Below are positions 60,350 through 64,000 of a stretch of DNA of 64,000 bases, piece by piece (positions within the stretch are counted from its first letter, which is position 1; each line of letters starts with the position of its first letter). The translations under genes and the position numbers were made by a program. The notes beneath the pieces are model-generated. The model was not told where the DNA came from. It did not search any database and worked only from the letters and a program-made list of their open reading frames with translations. The stretch covers positions 15,348 through 79,347 of the forward strand of contig CAYYRQ010000006.1 in assembly GCA_964474215.1 (NCBI GenBank), written 5' to 3'. This DNA is from an uncultured Alphaproteobacteria bacterium (GTDB lineage: Bacteria > Pseudomonadota > Alphaproteobacteria > UBA9655).

Positions 60350-61126
60350 TTATAGTTTGAGCGTTCTGCGGTGAAGAGAAAAACTAGGGCGAGGATCAGA
60401 AGCCTTGATAATTTGGTTCTTATCGCTTGCTCTAATATTTCTCGCATTGATAACCTTTGCTCGTTTTGAAGCAGCCCCTGAATGAATGCTATCAGAAGCA
60501 TTCGGTCTCAGATCTGCCAATATAAGAGCTATATCCTTCCCTTGATCCCAAGCATTGAGTACCCTGTTACGATAGGGAACATGAAACTCAGCGTTCGCTG
60601 AATGATAGTATGCAATCGCTTTGTGCCATGACTCGTGAGTCGTTTTAAGGCTTTTTAAAAACCGAGAAGCATAGGCCACATTAGTCTGTGGATCAAAAGC
60701 ATCATCAAGGGTTTTAAACGCCTTTGGATGATACTGGAGGTTAACCTGCATACAGCCTACGTCAATGTTCTTTACGCCATCTCGTTGCATTTTTTTGACA
60801 GCTGCCATAGCCGCTTCTTTTGTGGGAAAATAGTTACTTTTGCCACCGGAATTGACTGTCCAGGGCCAAGAAACAATTTGACCTGTTTTATCTTTTCTCC
60901 CCGATTCAACTTTCGATATCGCATGAAGGAGCCCTGAGGGAATCTGATGTTTCTTTTCATATTCTGCAATATGAGCTGCGCAATTCAGTTGTGGAACATT
61001 TGGAACATGGGATGCACTTGATCCCAGATGTAATACTTTTTTGGCTTGGACTTCATTGTATATTGCAAAAAAACAAATTAAAAGAAGCAGAAGGCCACAT
61101 CTAGAAAGCAAAAAACAAAAGGGCAT
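60350..61126 (-). CDS. Lytic transglycosylase (SLT domain) protein
   Basis: Signal/anchor N-terminus, catalytic context LLHAISKVESGR, DVGCMQVN. Confidence 0.82.
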   Translation of the reverse strand: MPFCFLLSRCGLLLLLICFFAIYNEVQAKKVLHLGSSASHVPNVPQLNCAAHIAEYEKKHQIPSGLLHAISKVESGRKDKTGQIVSWPWTVNSGGKSNYFPTKEAAMAAVKKMQRDGVKNIDVGCMQVNLQYHPKAFKTLDDAFDPQTNVAYASRFLKSLKTTHESWHKAIAYYHSANAEFHVPYRNRVLNAWDQGKDIALILADLRPNASDSIHSGAASKRAKVINARNIRASDKNQIIKASDPRPSFSLHRRTLKL

Positions 61127-61157
61127 TGGTTATTCCAAATTCTTATTTATTGATTTT

Positions 61158-61172
61158 TTAAACATATCTTAA
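61158..61172. promoter_or_regulatory. TTAA-N7-TTAA box TTAAACATATCTTAA, 32 nt upstream of the SLT gene start
   Basis: Read from the sequence, in the divergent region shared with the methyltransferase gene. Confidence 0.35.
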
Positions 61173-61295
61173 ATATGGTTACTAAAGTCTTAACGATAAT
61201 CCACAACTTGATATGATGCTCACCATACAAGGGCCTTTTAATCAATGCAATAAAAAGGTAACGTACCTCAAACCTTGATTGGAATGGTTTGGTAG

Positions 61296-62063
61296 ATGGA
61301 TAGATTAACTCAGATTTCACATGCTTTTTCAAAGGCTGCACATACATATGATAACCATGATTTTGTCCAAAAATATGTGGCAGACAATTTAACGCAAAAG
61401 ATTTCTTTAGAAAACTCAGACCTTTTTGGAACCGTTCTTGAGGTCGGGTGTGGCACGGGCTATTTGGCGCAACAACTTTATGAAAGGGCGAAAGATTACG
61501 TATTATCTGATATTTCTTATGAAATCCTGGATATAGCCAAACAAAAAGTTGTAGGCGATAATGTTATGTCGGTTGTGGTCAATGGTGAGTCTCCTTGCTT
61601 CACTGCTTGCTTTGATATGATTGTCTCGAACCTTGCTTTCCATTGGTTTGAAAAACCGAAACAAGCCCTGACTGCCCTCACAGCCTGTTTGAAGCCGGGA
61701 GGGCGATTATATCTCACAGCATTGGGTAACAACACCTTTAATGAATGGCGGACCGCCCACATGGAACTGGAAGCATCCTGTGGGTTACTAGAGTTTGTTA
61801 CCATTGGTCAACTTAAAGAATGGCTCCCTCTCTCAGGAGAACGAGACATTCAAGAAGAGTGGATTACCATGCACCCCAAGAATGCTCATGAGTTTCTCAG
61901 ACATCTCAAAGGCATGGGTGGATATGTATCTCATCCTGGGCATCGCCCTTTGCCCCTCAACACATTTCGTGCCGTTATGGATAAGTTTGATTCTATTCCA
62001 AGGTGTTCATACCAGATTCTTTATGCAACATATGAAAAGCCCCAAAAGATGAGAGAAGAATAA
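61296..62063 (+). CDS. Class I SAM-dependent methyltransferase, BioC-like
   Basis: FSKAAHTYDNHDFVQ lead-in, motif I VLEVGCGTGYLAQQL, LAFHWF. Confidence 0.6.
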   Translation: MDRLTQISHAFSKAAHTYDNHDFVQKYVADNLTQKISLENSDLFGTVLEVGCGTGYLAQQLYERAKDYVLSDISYEILDIAKQKVVGDNVMSVVVNGESPCFTACFDMIVSNLAFHWFEKPKQALTALTACLKPGGRLYLTALGNNTFNEWRTAHMELEASCGLLEFVTIGQLKEWLPLSGERDIQEEWITMHPKNAHEFLRHLKGMGGYVSHPGHRPLPLNTFRAVMDKFDSIPRCSYQILYATYEKPQKMREE

Positions 62064-62130
62064 CTATTACCATTTGCCGTTGACATATAGTATAAAATCA
62101 ATTTTATAAATAGGAAAAATAAAGGGGACC

Positions 62131-62781
62131 ATGAATAGCTACGAGTTTAACAAAATTGCAGCAGCTGTACTCATAGCCTTGTTAACGGTTAAGGGAGCTG
62201 ATCTTATTTCAGAAGCCTTGATCAGTCCTGTCCTTCTTGAAAAAAACGCATTTAATATTGAGGGTGTATCTAAAACACCTGACGATGGACCTACCTCGGG
62301 AAAACCAGAGGGCCCTGAACCAATTGAACCTTTGCTAGCCCATGCTAATGTTGAAAAGGGGGCAACTGTATTTAAAAAGTGTACCAGTTGTCATACCATT
62401 GAAGCTGGTGGACCTAATCGGATAGGTCCAAATCTCCATAATATCGTAGGGGCCAAAAAAGCAGCCCATCCCGGTTATGCCTATTCAAATGCCATGGAAG
62501 CCAAGGGCGGAACATGGACCTATCATGACCTCAATGTCTATCTTTATAATCCACGTCATTTTGTGCCTGGGACAAAAATGTCTTTTATCGGCGTCAAAGA
62601 CAATCAAGAACGCGCAGACCTTATCGCCTATTTAATGAAAGAAACAGACAACCCACCGCAAGTTCCAGAAGTAGCCCCGAAAGAAGATGAAAAAAAGCCA
62701 GAAGAAAATGACCCAGATTCACCTGACAAACAAACACAAGAGACAAGCCCAGACAAAGAAAAGGAATCCAATCCATCATGA
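62131..62781 (+). CDS. Membrane-anchored class I cytochrome c (CycM-like) with a Pro/Glu/Lys-rich C-terminal tail
   Basis: N-terminal TM, heme site CTSCHT, Met ligand context GTKMSF. Confidence 0.85.
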   Translation: MNSYEFNKIAAAVLIALLTVKGADLISEALISPVLLEKNAFNIEGVSKTPDDGPTSGKPEGPEPIEPLLAHANVEKGATVFKKCTSCHTIEAGGPNRIGPNLHNIVGAKKAAHPGYAYSNAMEAKGGTWTYHDLNVYLYNPRHFVPGTKMSFIGVKDNQERADLIAYLMKETDNPPQVPEVAPKEDEKKPEENDPDSPDKQTQETSPDKEKESNPS

Positions 62782-64000
62782 TTAAATTATGCCTATCATA
62801 TGTAGGAATTTTAACGTCAATCACAACCATTCACCTTCATGCTGAAAGGGAAGCTTCACAAGCTACCCACGGTGTCGCAATCTTTGGAGACCTCAAATAC
62901 CCCGAAAACTTTACTCATTTTGACTATGTGAACCCGGATGCTCCTAAGGGAGGGAAAGTCACTTTAGGCGCTTCTGGTACCTTTGATACTTTTAATCCCT
63001 ATATTATTAAAGGTACGCCGGCCATTGGCTCTACTTTATTACACTGTACACTCCTAGAAAATTCAGCCGATGAGCCCGATTCAATGTATTCTTATCTTGC
63101 TGAAAAGATTCAAGTTGACCCTGATCATAAGGGAGTTACGTTCACATTAAGAGATAATGCTAAGTTTTCAGATGGAAAACCTGTCACAGTTGACGATGTC
63201 ATCTTTTCTTTTAATACCCTGAGGGAAAAGGGAATCCCAATTTTCGCCCAGTATTACAAGGATGTGAAAGACGTCAAAAAACTTGATGCACACCGAGTAC
63301 GTTTTGAATTTACGACTGATAAAAATAAAGAGCTTCCAAACATACTGGGACAGTTTCCTATATTTTCTAAACAGTTTTATGCGTCCCATAGTTTCGAAAA
63401 AGCTGATTTAACAAAACCTGTCGGTTGTGGCCCCTATACAATTGAAAGCTACAAACCTGGCCAGCTTGTTAGTTATGTAAGGGTGCCAAATTGGTGGGCT
63501 GAGAATATTCCTTCACAAAAAGGTCTTAATAACTTTGATATTGATTATGTGTATTATCGAGATCAAAACGTTATGTTTGAAGCCTTTAAAGGAGGAGACT
63601 ATGATTTTAGATCTGAAAATATCGCCAAAAACTGGGAGACAGGATACAAAATTCCATCGGTCAAAGAAGGCAAAATCATCCTGAAAGAAGCTGAAAACCA
63701 GCTGCCCATAGGCGCTCAGGTATTTTCAATGAATACACGTCGTCCCATTTTCAAGGATCGCAGCGTCAGAGAAGCCATTACAAAAGCCTTTGACTTTGAA
63801 TGGGCGAATAAGAACTTTTTCTTCAATGCTTATACACGAAGCAAGAGTTACTTTAACAACTCACCGCTTGCCGCTTCAGGCCTTCCTGAAGGCGAAGAGC
63901 TTGAGGTCCTAGAGCCCTTTAAAGACCAATTACCAAAAGAGGTTTTCACCGAAGTCTTTACGCTTCCTACAACCGATGGAAAGGGGAGGGACCGCGCCCT
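62778..64000 (+). CDS. ABC transporter periplasmic substrate-binding protein, family 5 (YejA-like), partial (runs off the window end)
   Basis: Not in the track because there is no stop. My translation: MIKLCLSYVGILTSITTIHLHA... HGVAIFGDLKYPENFTHFDYVNPDAPKGGKVTLGASGTFDTFNPYIIKG. The ATG overlaps the cytochrome c stop (ATGA). Confidence 0.85.
   Translation, partial: MIKLCLSYVGILTSITTIHLHAEREASQATHGVAIFGDLKYPENFTHFDYVNPDAPKGGKVTLGASGTFDTFNPYIIKGTPAIGSTLLHCTLLENSADEPDSMYSYLAEKIQVDPDHKGVTFTLRDNAKFSDGKPVTVDDVIFSFNTLREKGIPIFAQYYKDVKDVKKLDAHRVRFEFTTDKNKELPNILGQFPIFSKQFYASHSFEKADLTKPVGCGPYTIESYKPGQLVSYVRVPNWWAENIPSQKGLNNFDIDYVYYRDQNVMFEAFKGGDYDFRSENIAKNWETGYKIPSVKEGKIILKEAENQLPIGAQVFSMNTRRPIFKDRSVREAITKAFDFEWANKNFFFNAYTRSKSYFNNSPLAASGLPEGEELEVLEPFKDQLPKEVFTEVFTLPTTDGKGRDRA

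Overview
AT-rich (roughly 40% G+C by eye, not computed), tightly packed chromosomal segment of an alphaproteobacterium. Lineage markers: ctrA, hflK-hflC-degP, an ATP12 chaperone, an NDUFAF5-like protein, an LpxI-type lipid A cluster (rseP-bamA-skp-lpxD-fabZ-lpxA-lpxI-lpxB), split pntAA/pntAB/pntB, a membrane-anchored cytochrome c, lipA plus an SRPBCC gene, and infA-maf-rng-yacG. The number of signal-peptide ORFans suggests a host-associated lineage such as Holosporales or Rickettsiales relatives; this is inference only. About 60 protein genes and 2 tRNAs (Gly-CCC, Arg-ACG) are present, mostly housekeeping: pheST, lepA, hemB, rpoD, dnaG, lon, hupB, lpdA, glyA, lipA and others. I saw no rRNA, CRISPR array, transposase, integrase or phage gene, and no convincing novel multi-gene system. 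Lineage-specific content: a 949-aa secreted ORFan with a 63-bp tandem repeat, a 791-aa membrane-anchored ORFan, a secreted papain-like (C1) protease, several small secreted hypotheticals, a hipBA toxin-antitoxin pair next to tRNA-Arg, and two orphan cysteine-rich reading frames flanking ctrA (one interrupted by an in-frame TGA, one without a start codon). The strongest non-genic signal is a set of perfect TTAA-N7-TTAA (CtrA-box) motifs. Three lie in the ctrA upstream region and others lie in the promoters of ORFan, secreted-protein and cell-wall genes. A second signal is three related boxes phased exactly 50 bp apart upstream of hipB. All protein calls rest on motif and family recognition from the translated ORFs; no database search was possible. 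Several starts were moved from the ORF-track maximum to internal ATG/GTG codons with better context.
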